This document shows, piece after piece, positions 34,042-35,160 of a stretch of 35,160 nucleotides of DNA (position 1 is its first letter; every line of letters begins with the position of its first letter). This DNA comes from Clostridiales bacterium (GTDB lineage: Bacteria; Bacillota; Clostridia; Oscillospirales; CAG-272). The stretch covers positions 1 through 35,160 of the forward strand of contig JAEEJM010000021.1 in the NCBI GenBank assembly GCA_016281895.1, given 5' to 3'. The notes under the pieces were generated by a model. It saw nothing but the letters and a program-made list of their open reading frames with translations. It was not told the origin of the DNA and made no database searches. A program made the translations under genes and the position numbers.

Positions 34042-35160
34042 TTATTCCTTTTTTGCCGCGTTCATGTCGCGCTCCCTTATGGCGGCGCGCCTCACCTTCC
34101 CGCTGAAGGTCTTCGGCAGCTCGGACACGAACTCGACCACCCTCGGATACTTGTACGGGGCGGTGTTCTTCTTGACGTAGTTCTGAAGCTCCTTGACGAG
34201 CTCGGGCGAGCCCGTAAAGCCCGGTCTCAGGACTACCGTCGCCTTGACGAGAAAGCCGCGTATCCCGTCGGGATCGGGCACGCCGGTGACGGCGACCTCG
34301 AGCACCGCGGGATGCTCCTGAAGCACCGATTCGATCTCGAAGGGCCCTATGCGGTAGCCCGACGACTTGATGATGTCGTCGTTGCGCCCGACGTATCTGA
34401 ATCTGCCGTGCTCGTCGCGGTAGGCGGTGTCTCCGGTGTGGTAGAAGCCGCCGCGGAAGGCGTTGGCCGTCTCCTCTTCGTTGAAGTTGTAGCCGATGAT
34501 AAGTCCGCAGGGATGTTCGGCGCCCTCGGGCATCTTCGCGCAGATCTCGCCCGTCACGCCGCGAGGGACCGGCCGGCAGTCCCCGTCGACAGCCATTACG
34601 TCGTATCCGGGCACCGGGAAGCCGATGGCTCCGGGCTCGGGCTCCGACCAGGGGCGGAGCGTCGCTATAATGACGGGCGTCTCGGACTGTCCGAAGCCCT
34701 CGTAGATCTTAAGTCCCGTCCTGCGCAGCCATTCGTTGTATATGTCGTGGCCGAGCGCCTCGCCGGCCGTGCAGCAGTGCGTGACGCTCGAAAGGTCGTA
34801 TTTCTCCACGTCCGCCTGAAGGAGCATCCTGTACATCGTCGGAGGGACGCAGAAGGTGGTGACTTTGTATTTTTCGATCGCGGCGAGTATGCCGTCCGCG
34901 CGGAATCTATCGAAATCGTAGACGAAAACGGCGCTCTCGGCGAACCACTGGCCGTAGGCCTTGCCCCAGAGGGCCTTCATCCAGCCGGTGTCGGAAACGG
35001 TGAAGTGGAGTCCGCCGTCGACGCACCTGTGCCAGAAGACTCCGGTCATGATGTGTCCGAGCGGATATCTGAAATCGTGCGTTATGATCTTCGGATATCC
35101 GGTCGTGCCGGACGAGAAGCACATCATCATTACGTCGTGCGCCGTCGTGGCTTCGTCGCC
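34042..35160 (-). CDS. AMP-forming acyl-CoA synthetase / AMP-binding enzyme, 5'-truncated by the window edge
   Basis: It has the SSGTTGYPK AMP-binding motif near the window edge, with the frame open to 35160. YHTGD, GR.DD.IK..G and a C-terminal PKT.SGK.RR are also present. Confidence 0.88.
   Translation of the reverse strand, partial: GDEATTAHDVMMMCFSSGTTGYPKIITHDFRYPLGHIMTGVFWHRCVDGGLHFTVSDTGWMKALWGKAYGQWFAESAVFVYDFDRFRADGILAAIEKYKVTTFCVPPTMYRMLLQADVEKYDLSSVTHCCTAGEALGHDIYNEWLRRTGLKIYEGFGQSETPVIIATLRPWSEPEPGAIGFPVPGYDVMAVDGDCRPVPRGVTGEICAKMPEGAEHPCGLIIGYNFNEEETANAFRGGFYHTGDTAYRDEHGRFRYVGRNDDIIKSSGYRIGPFEIESVLQEHPAVLEVAVTGVPDPDGIRGFLVKATVVLRPGFTGSPELVKELQNYVKKNTAPYKYPRVVEFVSELPKTFSGKVRRAAIRERDMNAAKKE

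Overview
This 35.2-kb segment is GC-rich and looks Gram-positive, probably Clostridia-like. The taxon is inferred from lipoboxes, a T-box leader, sortase-like tails and TTGACA-17-TATAAT promoters. All calls come from reading the sequence and the ORF track by eye; no searches were run.

Content from left to right:
- 1-4320: a visibly lower-GC block with a lipoprotein and an 821-aa secreted multidomain protein. Long perfect palindromes sit near both ends of the gene pair.
- 4341-7558: a Trp-specifier T-box leader driving a three-gene ABC importer (binding protein, permease, ATPase).
- 7739-12892: a 1486-aa secreted mosaic protein ending in an M14 carboxypeptidase domain, then a small putative lipoprotein.
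- 12910-16123: two tandem paralogous about 508-aa solute-binding lipoproteins with no permease or ATPase genes nearby.
- 16275-21288: four tandem secreted surface proteins. Three have discoidin-like ectodomains, and the four carry two different C-terminal anchor modules that do not follow ectodomain relatedness.
- 21497-23802: an operon of phosphodiester glycosidase, membrane protein and histidine phosphatase.
- 24070-30422: an F1Fo ATP synthase operon, atpB-E-F-(H'-A)-G-D-C. It has no separate delta gene; a delta C-terminal-domain-like segment is fused to alpha. The c subunit has a signal-peptide-like N-terminal extension.
- 30565-33865: an XRE-HTH/sigma-region-4 fusion protein overlapping (by 11 nt) a 945-aa membrane-anchored BspA-type LRR protein.
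- 34042-35160: a partial AMP-forming acyl-CoA synthetase.

Intergenic DNA carries a recurring element: tandem short GC hairpins punctuated by the heptamer AATGAAG. It occurs at two loci that share an identical 22-mer. Related hairpin and repeat arrays occur at two more loci.

Best candidates for something undescribed are the surface-protein array with swapped anchor modules (including a KKGC-TM-RRKR tail), the AATGAAG-hairpin arrays, and the delta-CTD/alpha fusion. The many long ORFs antisense to real genes are treated as GC-driven artefacts.
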